The position numbers were made by a program, and so were the translations under genes. A stretch of 64,000 nucleotides of DNA from Candidatus Sericytochromatia bacterium (GTDB lineage: Bacteria > Cyanobacteriota > Sericytochromatia > S15B-MN24 > UBA4093). The first letter of the stretch is position 1. Each line of letters begins with the position of its first letter. The DNA lies in NCBI GenBank assembly GCA_036676985.1, contig JAKFBU010000041.1, forward strand, positions 1 through 64,000, in the 5' to 3' direction. Under the pieces are notes generated by a model that saw nothing but the letters and a program-made list of their open reading frames with translations, made no database searches and was not told where the DNA came from. Below, piece by piece: positions 9,796 to 20,266 of the stretch.

Positions 9796-10524
9796 TCACC
9801 GCGTCATCAGGTCGACGATCGCCGCGCGGGCCTGCGCCGTCAGGGCCGCGACGGCCTCCTCCTCGTCCGCCATGGCGGCCGGCACCTCCAGCGGCGCTCC
9901 GAAGCGCACCAGGGCGCTCCGGTAGAGCACGCCGTAGACCGCATGGTCCTCGAAGCGCGGGTTACAAGGATCCAGGGCGCTGAACAGCCGCCCCGGCAGC
10001 CTCAGGCGGCGCTCATCGAGCGAGCCCACGACGGCCACCGGGAGGATGGGGATGCCGCGCTCGCGCTCCTGCCACCAGAGGCGGGCGAAGGCCGAGTGAA
10101 AGCTGCCGATCGACCGAGGCGGGGTCGTCACGAGGAAGTTGTCCATCCCCTCGGGAAAGATCCCCACCAGCTGGCCCGTCTCGAGGGCCGCCCCGGCGCA
10201 CGTGACGAGGGCGCCGGTACGGTGGCGGCTCGCCGGCAAGAAGAGCACCCCGGCCGGGCGCAAGAGGGGCCCCATGGCCCGACCGAGCCACGAATCGGCC
10301 ACCCAGTGGACGTGCCGGTCGACGCCGAGGCCGATGAGCAGCGGGTCGACCAGGCTGCGATGGTTGGCCACCAGGATCGCGGGTCCTTCCGCCGGCACGT
10401 GCTCGCCGCCCTCGAACTGGATCCAGGTCAGCATGCGCCGCAAGACGGGCGCGACCATCGTCCGCACCGCCTCGTAGGCCCTCTCCTGCGCTTCCTCGCC
10501 CGGGGCGAGCCAGTGTCTTGGCAT
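9796..10524 (-). CDS. Lysophospholipid acyltransferase (PlsC family)
   Basis: NHRSLVD and IFPEG motifs; real start MPRHWL at 10524 inside a longer shadow ORF. Confidence 0.85.
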   Translation of the reverse strand: MPRHWLAPGEEAQERAYEAVRTMVAPVLRRMLTWIQFEGGEHVPAEGPAILVANHRSLVDPLLIGLGVDRHVHWVADSWLGRAMGPLLRPAGVLFLPASRHRTGALVTCAGAALETGQLVGIFPEGMDNFLVTTPPRSIGSFHSAFARLWWQERERGIPILPVAVVGSLDERRLRLPGRLFSALDPCNPRFEDHAVYGVLYRSALVRFGAPLEVPAAMADEEEAVAALTAQARAAIVDLMTR

Positions 10525-10632
10525 ACGCGCCCTCCCCGCCGGGGTGATTCTAATTGCGGAAAACTGCGGTATCAAGCGCCGTTCGGGTGTCCTAGAGTGA
10601 AAATGCGGTAGCATGGCACCAAGGAGGCAGCA

Positions 10633-12129
10633 ATGCGCAACCTGCCGCGGTGGTCTTCCCGCACGTGGTTCAACTTCTTCCGACGGGCCTGGCACAACCT
10701 GAGCTTCGCCCGCAAACTCCTCTTCGGCGGTGCCGCCGCGGTCTTCTTGGTCGCGGGCGTCCTCACCGTCGTCACCTACGTCAGTGCCGAGGATAGCCTC
10801 CGCACCCAGACGCACCGCCAGGTCCACAATGAATTGAAAGTCCTGGAGCGCCTGTACGCCATCCGCACCGGGTCGGACTTCGCCCACGACAAGGTGCGCC
10901 TCTACCCGGTGGAGGCCCAGCGCTCCAGCGACGAGATGGTGAGCCTCATGGGCGGCTTCTCGGCCGTCTTCGCGGGCCGGCACCCCATCGCCGTCGCGGG
11001 GCTCGAAGGCGCCTACGATCGACAGGCCCTGCGCCTGCCCTCGAAGTTGTTGGGACCGTCGAGCCCCGAGGGGTTCACGACGGCCACCTTCCGCGACACG
11101 ACCTACGTCGTCGCCATCCACCGGCTCCAGGACGCCAACGGCCAGTTCCTGGGCGCCTTCGTGCGCGGCATCCCGCAGAAGCAGATCTCGGACATGCTCC
11201 AGAAGCATGCCTGGGGCATCTTCTCGGTGGCGGGCACGGCCATGCTCCTGGCCCTCATCGCGCTCGCGTGGCTCACGCACGAGATCTCGGCCCCCCTGCG
11301 CCGGCTGGCACGCGCCAGCCGCACGCTGGCAGCGGGCGAGATCCTCGAGCCCCTGCCGGACTCGCGCGGCTCGGACGAGGTCGGACGGCTCGCCACCGAC
11401 TTCAAGGCGATCGCCGATCGTCTCAGCATGCAGAAGATGGCCCTCGAGGAGAAGGATCGCCTGCGCGGCCAGCTGCTGGACAAGCTCATCAGCGCGCAGG
11501 AGGACGAGCGGCGGCGCATCTCGCGCGAGCTGCACGACCAGACGGGCCAGTCGCTCACGACCTTGCTGGTCGGCCTCAAGGTGCTCGAGAAGGCCCCCAC
11601 CATGGACGCCATGCAGGCCCGCGCGGCGGACCTCATGGCGCTCGTGCACCAGACGCTGGACGAGGTCCATCGCCTCTCGGTGGAGCTTCGGCCCGCCATG
11701 CTCGACGACCTGGGGCTGGTGGCCGCCGTGCGCGCCATGGCCACGGACTTCGAGGAGGCCCACGGCGTCAAGACCGCCGTCTCGATCCAGGGCCTCGAGC
11801 AGCGCCTGGCGCCCGTCATCGAGGCCTCGGTCTACCGGGTGATCCAGGAGGCGCTCACCAACATCGCGAAATACGCCTCCGCCGAGCACGTCTCCCTGCG
11901 GCTCGCCCTGGCGGGCGATCGCCTGGAGGCGCGGGTGGAGGATGACGGCCGCGGCTTCGACCTGGCGGCCGTCGTCACCGCCAAGGGGCGCCAGAGCCTC
12001 GGCCTGCTTGGCATGCAAGAACGAGTCGGACTGCTGGGTGGCGACTTCGTCATCGACTCGGCACCGGGCCATGGGACCCACATCCGCTTCACGATTCCCC
12101 TTCACATAGGAGACCACGTCCATGCCTGA
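10633..12129 (+). CDS. Sensor histidine kinase (2 TM, HAMP, HisKA_3, HATPase)
   Basis: ERRRISRELHD, LRPAMLDDLGL, QEALTNIAKYA, DDGRGF, GLLGMQER. Confidence 0.93.
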   Translation: MRNLPRWSSRTWFNFFRRAWHNLSFARKLLFGGAAAVFLVAGVLTVVTYVSAEDSLRTQTHRQVHNELKVLERLYAIRTGSDFAHDKVRLYPVEAQRSSDEMVSLMGGFSAVFAGRHPIAVAGLEGAYDRQALRLPSKLLGPSSPEGFTTATFRDTTYVVAIHRLQDANGQFLGAFVRGIPQKQISDMLQKHAWGIFSVAGTAMLLALIALAWLTHEISAPLRRLARASRTLAAGEILEPLPDSRGSDEVGRLATDFKAIADRLSMQKMALEEKDRLRGQLLDKLISAQEDERRRISRELHDQTGQSLTTLLVGLKVLEKAPTMDAMQARAADLMALVHQTLDEVHRLSVELRPAMLDDLGLVAAVRAMATDFEEAHGVKTAVSIQGLEQRLAPVIEASVYRVIQEALTNIAKYASAEHVSLRLALAGDRLEARVEDDGRGFDLAAVVTAKGRQSLGLLGMQERVGLLGGDFVIDSAPGHGTHIRFTIPLHIGDHVHA

Positions 12130-12775
12130 ACCGATTCGCGTGCTGATCTCGGACGATCACGCCATCCTGCGCAGCGGCCTCAAGATGCTGCTCAACGCCG
12201 AGACCGACATCGAGGTCGTCGGCGAGGCCACCACGGGCGAGGAGGCCATCCGCCTGTCCGGGCAGCTGCACCCCGACCTGGTACTCATGGACATCTCCAT
12301 GCCCGGCATGGGCGGCATCGACGCCACGGCCGAGATCAAGAAGCACCAGCCCGACGTCAAGGTCCTCATGCTGACCATGCACGAGAACGAGGCCTACCTC
12401 TTCAGGACCATCAAGGCCGGCGGTTCGGGCTACGTCCTCAAGAAGGCCGCCGACACCGAGCTCATCGACGCCATCCATCAGGTCATCCAGGGCGGTGCGT
12501 TCCTGCGCCCGTCGGTCACCAAGGCGCTCGTCAAGGACTACCTCGAGCGCGTCGAGACGGGCGAGGCCCGGGACTCCTACGGCACCCTCACCGAGCGCGA
12601 GCGCGAGATCCTCAAGCTCATCGCCGAAGGTCACACCAACCCCGAGATCGCGCGCCTCTTGGTCATCTCGGTGCGTACCGTCGAGACGCACCGGGCCCAC
12701 ATCATGGACAAGCTGGGCATCCACCAGCGCTCGGAGCTGGTGAAGTACGCCCTGCGCAAGGGGTTGCTGGACTAG
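12122..12775 (+). CDS. NarL/NreC-family response regulator
   Basis: DDHAILRSG, LMDISMP, LTEREREIL...TVETHRAHIMDKL LuxR HTH; overlaps the kinase end. Confidence 0.95.
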   Translation: MPEPIRVLISDDHAILRSGLKMLLNAETDIEVVGEATTGEEAIRLSGQLHPDLVLMDISMPGMGGIDATAEIKKHQPDVKVLMLTMHENEAYLFRTIKAGGSGYVLKKAADTELIDAIHQVIQGGAFLRPSVTKALVKDYLERVETGEARDSYGTLTEREREILKLIAEGHTNPEIARLLVISVRTVETHRAHIMDKLGIHQRSELVKYALRKGLLD

Positions 12776-13599
12776 GCGTCGCTGTCGTCGAAGAGGTTGC
12801 CCGTCAGGGCCTTCTTCTTGCTCGCGGTGATGGAGGGCTTCTCGTCGTTGGGCGCTCCGGCCAGGTCGCAGACCGCGTCGCGCACCACCCGCACGATCTG
12901 GCGGATGCCCTCCGCCTCGCGCTCGGGCGGCAGGTGGTAGAAGGCGTCGAAGCTCATGGGCATGCCGATCTTGATCCGGGCCTCCCGGTAGATGGTGCCC
13001 TTGACCTCGCCCTCCACCCAGGCCTTGTTGCCGGGGTCGATGGCCCGCATCAGCCGGGACGGGACGCGCACGAGCACCTGCTCCTCCTCGCCGGTGATGG
13101 CGATGGGGACCACGGGCAGGTTGGGCACCGCCATCTGGACCAGGAGCCTCGCGAACGACGTGTGGAACGGCGAGACCGTGCCCGGCGCCGAGCCGTTGAC
13201 GAAGTTGTCCACGCCCTCGGGGAAGACGCCTACCAGCCGCCCGCGTTGCAGGAGGCGGCGCGCTTTGGTGATCAGCTCCTCGCTGCGGCCGCCCTTGGAG
13301 ACGGGCAGGATGATGTTGCCCGTGCCGGCGATGATCCGCTCCGAGATGGGAAAGCGGCTCAGGAAGCCCGCCACCACGTAGTGGATGCGGCGCGGCACGA
13401 AGGCGCCCAGGAGGAAGGGATCGGTCATGGTCCGGTGGTTGGGGACCAAGAGCGCCGGCCCGTCCATGGGGATGTTCTCCAGCCCCTCGACGCGGGTGTT
13501 GACCAGCTGCTCGGTGACGATGGGCGCCAGCACCAGCTTGAGCGCTTCGTACCAGAGGTCCTGACTGAGGCTGCTGAGGTTCTGAGGCGCCCGTAGCAT
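12772..13599 (-). CDS. Lysophospholipid acyltransferase (PlsC family), paralog
   Basis: NHRTMTD, VFPEGVDNF. Confidence 0.85.
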   Translation of the reverse strand: MLRAPQNLSSLSQDLWYEALKLVLAPIVTEQLVNTRVEGLENIPMDGPALLVPNHRTMTDPFLLGAFVPRRIHYVVAGFLSRFPISERIIAGTGNIILPVSKGGRSEELITKARRLLQRGRLVGVFPEGVDNFVNGSAPGTVSPFHTSFARLLVQMAVPNLPVVPIAITGEEEQVLVRVPSRLMRAIDPGNKAWVEGEVKGTIYREARIKIGMPMSFDAFYHLPPEREAEGIRQIVRVVRDAVCDLAGAPNDEKPSITASKKKALTGNLFDDSDA

Positions 13600-13606
13600 C
13601 GCGTGC

Positions 13607-14578
13607 CTATCCCTTCTGCTCGAGGATCTCCTGCGAGACGTCCACCTTCACCGGACGGTTCATCGCATGGTGCGCGATCATCCGCTCCGCGTTCCGGTAG
13701 CAGATCCACTCGGCCTCCTCCGGCGTGACGGCGTCCATGACATTCTTAAGCGCGACGTCCTGAGATAGCAAGGGGAAGTCCGAACCCAACAGCACCCGGT
13801 GCATGCCGATCCGCTCGATGGCCTCGCGAATGATCTCGGGCGGTTGCCAGGAGGTCTCCACGTGGACATGGGCGTACCGCTCGGCCATGCGCAGCACCTT
13901 CTCGTGCTGGTCCCATCCGATGTGGCCGAGCACGATCGGGATCTGGTCGAACGTCCGGATGAAGGGCTCCAGCTCGTCCACGTCGTCGTGATGGGCGTGC
14001 ATGGGGAAGGGGAAGGTGCCCGCGTGGATGAAGATGGGCAGCGCGTGCTCCTGCGCGAACGCCCCCAGCTCGAAGAGCTCGGTCGAGGCCGGGTGCGGGC
14101 CCGCCACCGGCGGGTGGATCTTGAGCCCCACCACCTGGCCGGTCTCCACGTAGAACTTGAGGCGGTCCAGGAAGTTGGGCTCGAACGGGTCCACCGCGCA
14201 GTAGACGGCGATGCGATCGCGGTGCGGCGCGATCGCCTTGAGCACCTCCATGGTCCCGATGAAGGGCTCGATGACGCACACGACGGCCTTCTCGATCCCG
14301 TTCTGGTCCATGCTCTCGAGGAACTTGTCGACCCGGTACTTGTTGAGCAGGCGCATCAGCTCGTGGAAGCCGAAGAACGTGAACTCGTGATACACCGGGT
14401 GGAACTTGGGGTTCCGGCCATGCCGGGCGAAGAGGTTCACGCCCTTGTACAGCCATGGCTCCATCAGATCCGCGAGCTTGTGCAGGACGGGGTACTGCGG
14501 GATGTCGTGCATCTCGATTTCCCCGTCGCCCTTGAGGTGGGCATGGTAATCGATGATCGGACCCTGGTAGACGGACAT
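13607..14578 (-). CDS. Amidohydrolase_2 family metallohydrolase
   Basis: IDYHAH, GLKIHP, IHAG, LGHIG, LLGSDFP. Confidence 0.88.
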   Translation of the reverse strand: MSVYQGPIIDYHAHLKGDGEIEMHDIPQYPVLHKLADLMEPWLYKGVNLFARHGRNPKFHPVYHEFTFFGFHELMRLLNKYRVDKFLESMDQNGIEKAVVCVIEPFIGTMEVLKAIAPHRDRIAVYCAVDPFEPNFLDRLKFYVETGQVVGLKIHPPVAGPHPASTELFELGAFAQEHALPIFIHAGTFPFPMHAHHDDVDELEPFIRTFDQIPIVLGHIGWDQHEKVLRMAERYAHVHVETSWQPPEIIREAIERIGMHRVLLGSDFPLLSQDVALKNVMDAVTPEEAEWICYRNAERMIAHHAMNRPVKVDVSQEILEQKG

Positions 14579-14706
14579 GCGCGAGGCTCCTCTAGATATC
14601 GGCTACCTAGATCCTACCCGTTCCAGCGAGGGGTATAAAGGAACAATCGTCCAATGTGCTCACCGCCCCGGTCGGCGAGCCGATGCCGGCAGCCCCGGAA
14701 AGACGA

Positions 14707-14732
14707 AGGGCCGCGCCTGTCGGCGCGGCCCT
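14707..14732 (-). terminator. Hairpin after the ABC-F gene
   Basis: agggccgcgcc-tgtc-ggcgcggccct. Confidence 0.55.
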
Positions 14733-14739
14733 CTGCGTT

Positions 14740-16380
14740 CTATCCCACCCGCAGGGTCTGCTGGTACTGTGAGCCGGGGAACCGGTTCCCGTTCTTCTCC
14801 AGGAAGTCGGGCAGGCCGCCCAGGTACTCGGTGGTGTGGCCCTGATCGATGAGGATGACCTTGGTGGCCACGTCGCGCAGGAAGTGGCGATCGTGCGAGA
14901 CGAACACGAGCGTCCCCTCGAACTGCTGCAGGGCCTCGAGCAGCACCTCGCGGGTGCGGATGTCCAGGTGGTTGGTGGGCTCGTCCAGGATGAGGAAGTT
15001 GCAGGGGTTCGCGATGATCCGCGCGAGCACCAGGCGGGTCTTCTCACCGCCCGAGAGCACCGAGATCTGCTTTTCCACGTCGTCCCCGCTGAAGAGCAGG
15101 GAGCCCAGGATGTTCTGGATGGAGGCGCGGCTCGTGGTGGGCGCCACCTCCTGCACCGCCTCGTAGACCGTCATGTCGGGCTTGAGGATCTCCGTCTGGT
15201 GCTGGGCGAAGTAGCCCACCGAGAGGCTCGCCCCGAGCTTGCACTCGCCCTGGTCCGGGGAGAGCTGCTGGGCGAGAATCTTGAGCAGGGTCGACTTGCC
15301 GGCGCCGTTGACGCCGAGGAACGCCACCCGGTCCAGGCGCTTGATCTGGAGGTCGATGTTCTCGAGCACCGTCTTCTCGCCGTAGGCCTTGCCGACGCCC
15401 GAGATGGTCGCCACGATGTCGCCGCTGCGCGGGCAGGCGGGCCACTGGAAGTCCACCGCGCGCAGCTCCTTGGGCACCTCGATGCGGTCCATCTTCTCGA
15501 TCATCTTGACCCGGCTCTGCACCTGGGCCGCGTGCGAGGCGCGCGCCTTGAAGCGCGCGATGAACTCCTCTTCCTTCTCGAGGGCCTTCTCCTGGCGCTT
15601 GGCGGCGGCCTCCAGGTTCGCGAGGCGGGTGGCCGACTCGTTGACGTAGAAGTCGTAGTTGCCCGAGTAGACCGTGATCCCGCCGTGCTCGACGGCCACG
15701 ATCTTGCTGACCAGGCGGTTCATGAAGTCGCGATCGTGCGAGGTCATGAAGATGGCGCCGGGGTAGCGATCGAGGAACTCCTCGAGCCAGATGATCGTCT
15801 CGACGTCCAGGTGGTTGGTCGGCTCGTCCATCAGCAACGCGTCGGGCTTGCGCAGCAGGACCCGCGCGAGCTCGATGCGCATGCGCCAGCCGCCGGAGAA
15901 CTCGCCGACCTTGCGCTCCTGGTCCGCGGCCGAAAAGCCGAGGCCGCTCAGGATCTCCTGGGCGCGCTGCTCGAGATCGTAGCCGCCCAGCGTCTCGAAG
16001 ACGCTCTGCGCCTCGCCGAGCTCCTCGAGGACGGCGTCCATGTCCGCGAGCTCGGGGTCGGACAGCCGGTTCGAGAGCTCCTCGATGCGCTGGCCCAGGG
16101 TGTGGACCTCCCACGCGCCGGCCATGGCGCACTCGAGCACCGTCAGGTGGACCTCGGCCGCGGGGTTCTGCGAGAAGTAGCCCACGGTGAAGCGCTCGGG
16201 GATGGTGATCGACCCTTCGTCCGCGGATTCCTCGCCCACGATCATGCGGAAGAGCGTGCTCTTGCCCGCGCCGTTGTGGCCGACCAGGCCGACGCGCTCG
16301 CCGGGATTGATCTGGAAGTTGGCGTCCTTGAACAAGAAGCGCTTGCTCTGGAACTTGGAAACCTGTTGGAAGGCGATCAT
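14740..16380 (-). CDS. ABC-F family ATPase
   Basis: Two ABC domains (GHNGAGKS, FSGGW, DEPTNHLD; GVNGAGKS, LSGGEK), no TM segments. Confidence 0.93.
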   Translation of the reverse strand: MIAFQQVSKFQSKRFLFKDANFQINPGERVGLVGHNGAGKSTLFRMIVGEESADEGSITIPERFTVGYFSQNPAAEVHLTVLECAMAGAWEVHTLGQRIEELSNRLSDPELADMDAVLEELGEAQSVFETLGGYDLEQRAQEILSGLGFSAADQERKVGEFSGGWRMRIELARVLLRKPDALLMDEPTNHLDVETIIWLEEFLDRYPGAIFMTSHDRDFMNRLVSKIVAVEHGGITVYSGNYDFYVNESATRLANLEAAAKRQEKALEKEEEFIARFKARASHAAQVQSRVKMIEKMDRIEVPKELRAVDFQWPACPRSGDIVATISGVGKAYGEKTVLENIDLQIKRLDRVAFLGVNGAGKSTLLKILAQQLSPDQGECKLGASLSVGYFAQHQTEILKPDMTVYEAVQEVAPTTSRASIQNILGSLLFSGDDVEKQISVLSGGEKTRLVLARIIANPCNFLILDEPTNHLDIRTREVLLEALQQFEGTLVFVSHDRHFLRDVATKVILIDQGHTTEYLGGLPDFLEKNGNRFPGSQYQQTLRVG

Positions 16381-16542
16381 GTGACCCCTGTTCTCCGTCA
16401 AAAAAAGTAAGCCCCAGGGATTTTACCATGGATGGCTCCACGCGCCGCTTTGCTGCTATGATTAAGGATGATTACGTACCCCTGTCAACCGGGTCACCGC
16501 CCGGTTCAGGAGGTCCCCCCCTCTCACACACTAGGAGACAAC

Positions 16543-18270
16543 GTGGTCGCGAACGAACAGTCCGTCGTCATACCGGCGGCAGAGCCGAAAGGGCTCCTCG
16601 GCCAGATCCGCAGCTTCGGCCGCGCCTTCTGGGCCGTCAACGTCATGGAGCTCATCGAGCGCTGGGCCTACTACGGCGTGCGCACCGTGCTCTCGATCTA
16701 CATCGTGGACGCCGTCGCCCGGGGCGGTCTGGAGTTCACGCACATCCAGAAGGGCACCATCTACGCCTGGTGGGCGGTGATCCAGAGCCTGCTGCCGCTC
16801 TTCACGGGCGGCTTCGCCGACCGCTACGGCTACAAGTCGACCGTCGCCTTCTCGATCGGCATCAAGATCCTGGGCTACCTCCTGATGGCCACGCAGCACT
16901 CGTTCGTCGGCTTCTTCATCGGCTGTATGATGCTCGCGACCGGAACGGCCGTCTTCAAGCCGGGCGTCCAGGGCATCCTCGCCAACACGACCATGCCCAA
17001 GAACGCCGCGGTCGGCTGGGGCATCTTCTACGCGATGGTGAACATCGGCGGCTTCATCGGCCCGATCGCCGCCGGCCACCTGCGCGTGCTCGACTGGTCC
17101 TACGTCTTCTACGTCAACGCCGCCCTGGTCGCCGTCAACTTCCTGGTGCTCCTCATGTTCAAGGAGCCCGAACGTCCGCCGCTCAAGACCCAGTCGGAGG
17201 TCGAGGGAGCCGGCGCGGTCTCGATGGCGCCCTTGGCGACGTTCATGGTCCAGTCCAAGCCCTTCAACCTCACGGTCGGCATCGCCGCCGTCTGGGCCGC
17301 CATCCAGGCCTTCTCGGGCGGCACCCCCACGGCCACCCTGGTCTTCATGGCCGTCATGGTCGCGCTGCGCGCCCTGTACCGGATCGGCTACAACGCGCTG
17401 CCCCGCCCCGTGAAGGACAACATCGACATCGTCACGGTCTCGGTCACCAACGTGTTCGAGCCCAAGCTCGCGACCTTCCTGGTCATTTTCTCGGGCTTCT
17501 GGCTCATGTTCATGCAGCTCTTCGACCTGCTGCCGAACTTCATCGACGACTGGGTCGACACGAACGCCCTGCTGCTCTGGATGGGCCAGACCTTCCACAA
17601 CCCGACCTGGGTCGCCGAGGCCCAGAAGGGCGTGCACATCCTGCCCGAGCACATGGTCAACATCGACGCCGGCGCCATCGTCTTCCTGATGGTGCCCATC
17701 GCGGCCCTCTTCAGCCGGATGAAGGCCATGCACTCGATGATCGTGGGCATCCTGATCTCGATCGGGGGCATCGTGCTCGCCGGTGCCACCATGAACGGCC
17801 TCTACTGCGCCTTGGGCATCTTCATCTTCGCCCTGGGCGAGATGATGGCGAGCCCCAAGAAGCAGGAGTACCTCGCCAACATCGCGCCGCCCGACAAGAA
17901 GGGCCTCTACATGGGCTACGCCAACGTGCCGCTCGCCATCGGCTGGGGCATCGGCAGCTCGATCGGCGGCTACATGTACCAGAACTTCGCCGACAAGGTG
18001 ACCCTCGCCAAGGCCTACATGGCCAGCCAGCTGCACATGAGCCCCGAGGCGATCGCCGCGATCCCCAAGGAAAAGGTCATGGAGACCCTGGCGACGCAGC
18101 TGAACAAGACGCCGCTGGAAGTGACGCAGCTGCTCTTCGCCTTGCATCACCCCGAGCGGATCTGGTACATCTTCGGTGCCATCGGCCTCGCCTCGATGAT
18201 CGGCCTGATCGTCTACGACGTGGTCCTGACCCGCGCCGCCAAGGCGAAGGGTGAACCCGCCAACGCATAG
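16543..18270 (+). CDS. MFS transporter, POT/PTR peptide-transporter-like
   Basis: ELIERWAYYG (ExxER), GGFADRYG, FYAMVNIGG; GTG start after AGGAG. Confidence 0.85.
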   Translation: MVANEQSVVIPAAEPKGLLGQIRSFGRAFWAVNVMELIERWAYYGVRTVLSIYIVDAVARGGLEFTHIQKGTIYAWWAVIQSLLPLFTGGFADRYGYKSTVAFSIGIKILGYLLMATQHSFVGFFIGCMMLATGTAVFKPGVQGILANTTMPKNAAVGWGIFYAMVNIGGFIGPIAAGHLRVLDWSYVFYVNAALVAVNFLVLLMFKEPERPPLKTQSEVEGAGAVSMAPLATFMVQSKPFNLTVGIAAVWAAIQAFSGGTPTATLVFMAVMVALRALYRIGYNALPRPVKDNIDIVTVSVTNVFEPKLATFLVIFSGFWLMFMQLFDLLPNFIDDWVDTNALLLWMGQTFHNPTWVAEAQKGVHILPEHMVNIDAGAIVFLMVPIAALFSRMKAMHSMIVGILISIGGIVLAGATMNGLYCALGIFIFALGEMMASPKKQEYLANIAPPDKKGLYMGYANVPLAIGWGIGSSIGGYMYQNFADKVTLAKAYMASQLHMSPEAIAAIPKEKVMETLATQLNKTPLEVTQLLFALHHPERIWYIFGAIGLASMIGLIVYDVVLTRAAKAKGEPANA

Positions 18271-18276
18271 GAACCC

Positions 18277-20172
18277 ATGAAACGTCCGCTGTTACCCATC
18301 GTGCTCGCCCTGTCGCTCGTGGCTCATGCCCCGAGCGCCTGGGCGGGCAACGGCACCGAAATCTACGACACCCGCGGCAAGCTGATCACGGTGGTGCGCG
18401 GCAAGCAGCGGCGGATCCACATGCCCCTGCACGCCATCCCCGAGGTGACGCGCGAGGCCGTGATCGCCATCGAGGACTCGCGGTTCTACGACCACGGGGG
18501 CATCGACATCCGCTCTTTGGGCCGCGCCCTCTGGACGGACATCAAGGCCGGGGCCAAGGTGCAGGGCGGCAGCACCATCACCCAGCAGCTGGTCAAGAAC
18601 AAGTACCTCAACTCGGACAAGACCCTGCAGCGCAAGCTCGACGAGGCGGTCCTCGCCATGGAGCTCGAGCGCAAGTACTCCAAGGACCAGATCCTGGAGA
18701 TGTACCTCAACGAGGTCTACTGGGGCCACGGCGCCTATGGCATCGAGGCGGCCGCCCAGACCTACTTCGGCCACTCCGCACGCACCCTCAACCTCCAGGA
18801 GTCGGCGCTCTTGGCCGCCCTCCTCAAGGCGCCGGAGGCCTACAGCCCCTACCGCAACCGGGAGAAGGCCCTCGCGCGCCAGCGGGTGGTGCTCAGCCGC
18901 ATGGCCGAGCTCGGCTACGTCTCGAAGGCGGAGGCCGACCGCGCCAAGCGCGCCCGGCTCAACCTGCCCGGCCAGCCCGGCCGGTGGAACAAGGCCGCCT
19001 ACTTCACGTCCTACCTCGTCAACCAGCTCAAGAACCGCTACGGCGAGGACGCGGTGCTGCACGGGGACCTCAAGGTCCAGACCACCATCGACCTCGCCAC
19101 CCAGGAGCTCGCCGAGAAGCTCGTCTCGGACCTGGTGCAGCGCTACGGCAAGCGCTTCCGCTTCGACCAGGCGTCCTTGGTCGCCATCAACCCGCAGACC
19201 GGCGGCATCGTCGCCATGGTCGGCGGCGAGGACTTTCGCAAGAGCGAGTACAACCGGGCGGTCCTGGCGCAGCGCCAGCCGGGCTCGACCTTCAAGCCCT
19301 TCGTCTACCTGACGGCCTTCGCCCAGGGCCTCTCGCCCGAGCTCAAGATGTCGGACGCGCCCGTCACCTACTCGGTCTTCGGCAAGCCGTACACCCCGCG
19401 CAACTACCGGGGCGAGAAGGACGGGACCATCACCCTGCGCCGGGCGCTCGAGCTCTCCAACAACGTCATCACCGTCAAGCTGCTCAACCAGGTGGGCCCC
19501 GCGGCCGTCATCGAGACAGCACGCCGGGCGGGCATCACCAGCCCCCTCCAGCCGACCCTGTCGCTGGGCCTCGGCTCGTACGAGGTGACGCCCCTGGAGC
19601 TCGCGTCGGCCTACGGCGTCTTTGCCGCCAACGGCGTCCGCAACGAGCCGGTGGCCTACTGGAACCTGCGCGACGGCCACGGCCGGATGCTGGAGCAGTG
19701 GCGGCCGAATCCCCAGCGGGTGATCGACGAGGCCCCCGTGCGGGTGCTCAACGATGTCCTGCGCGGGGTCGTCACCCGCGGCACGGGCACGGCCGCCAAC
19801 CCGAGCCGGCCCGCCGCCGGCAAGACGGGCACCACCACCGACTCGCGCGACGCGTGGTTCGTGGGCTACACCCCGCAGCTGGTGGTCGCCGTGTGGGTGG
19901 GCAACGACGACAACTCCAAGATGGCCTCCTCGGCCGCGGGCGGCGTGGTGGCGGCCCCGACCTGGAAGAAGTTCGTCCAGACGGCCCTCAAGAAAGTGCC
20001 CGTGACGAACTTCGCCCCGCCCATGCAGGCCAAGCCCGCGACGGCCTCGGCCCCGGTGCCGAGCACCCCGTCCGTCCAGCCCGGCGCCACCGACTCCGAG
20101 GTGCCCCCCGCCACGGAGGCCACGGACGACGTCCCGGGGCTCGGCCTCCGCGAGGACGATCCGCTGCGCTGA
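18277..20172 (+). CDS. Class A penicillin-binding protein (PBP1A family)
   Basis: EDSRFYDHGG, QGGSTITQQL, RKLDE; transpeptidase motifs STFK, SNN, KTGT. Confidence 0.95.
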   Translation: MKRPLLPIVLALSLVAHAPSAWAGNGTEIYDTRGKLITVVRGKQRRIHMPLHAIPEVTREAVIAIEDSRFYDHGGIDIRSLGRALWTDIKAGAKVQGGSTITQQLVKNKYLNSDKTLQRKLDEAVLAMELERKYSKDQILEMYLNEVYWGHGAYGIEAAAQTYFGHSARTLNLQESALLAALLKAPEAYSPYRNREKALARQRVVLSRMAELGYVSKAEADRAKRARLNLPGQPGRWNKAAYFTSYLVNQLKNRYGEDAVLHGDLKVQTTIDLATQELAEKLVSDLVQRYGKRFRFDQASLVAINPQTGGIVAMVGGEDFRKSEYNRAVLAQRQPGSTFKPFVYLTAFAQGLSPELKMSDAPVTYSVFGKPYTPRNYRGEKDGTITLRRALELSNNVITVKLLNQVGPAAVIETARRAGITSPLQPTLSLGLGSYEVTPLELASAYGVFAANGVRNEPVAYWNLRDGHGRMLEQWRPNPQRVIDEAPVRVLNDVLRGVVTRGTGTAANPSRPAAGKTGTTTDSRDAWFVGYTPQLVVAVWVGNDDNSKMASSAAGGVVAAPTWKKFVQTALKKVPVTNFAPPMQAKPATASAPVPSTPSVQPGATDSEVPPATEATDDVPGLGLREDDPLR

Positions 20173-20228
20173 TCCTGGGAGCACCGGCTTCCACCCTGCA
20201 GGAGGCGACCTACCCGGACCCTATGAAC

Positions 20229-20257
20229 CGAGGGGCGGCCCGCTGGGCCGCCCCTCG
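20229..20257. terminator. Hairpin between convergent genes
   Basis: cgaggggcggccc-gct-gggccgcccctcg. Confidence 0.6.
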
Positions 20258-20266
20258 TCCTGTCTC

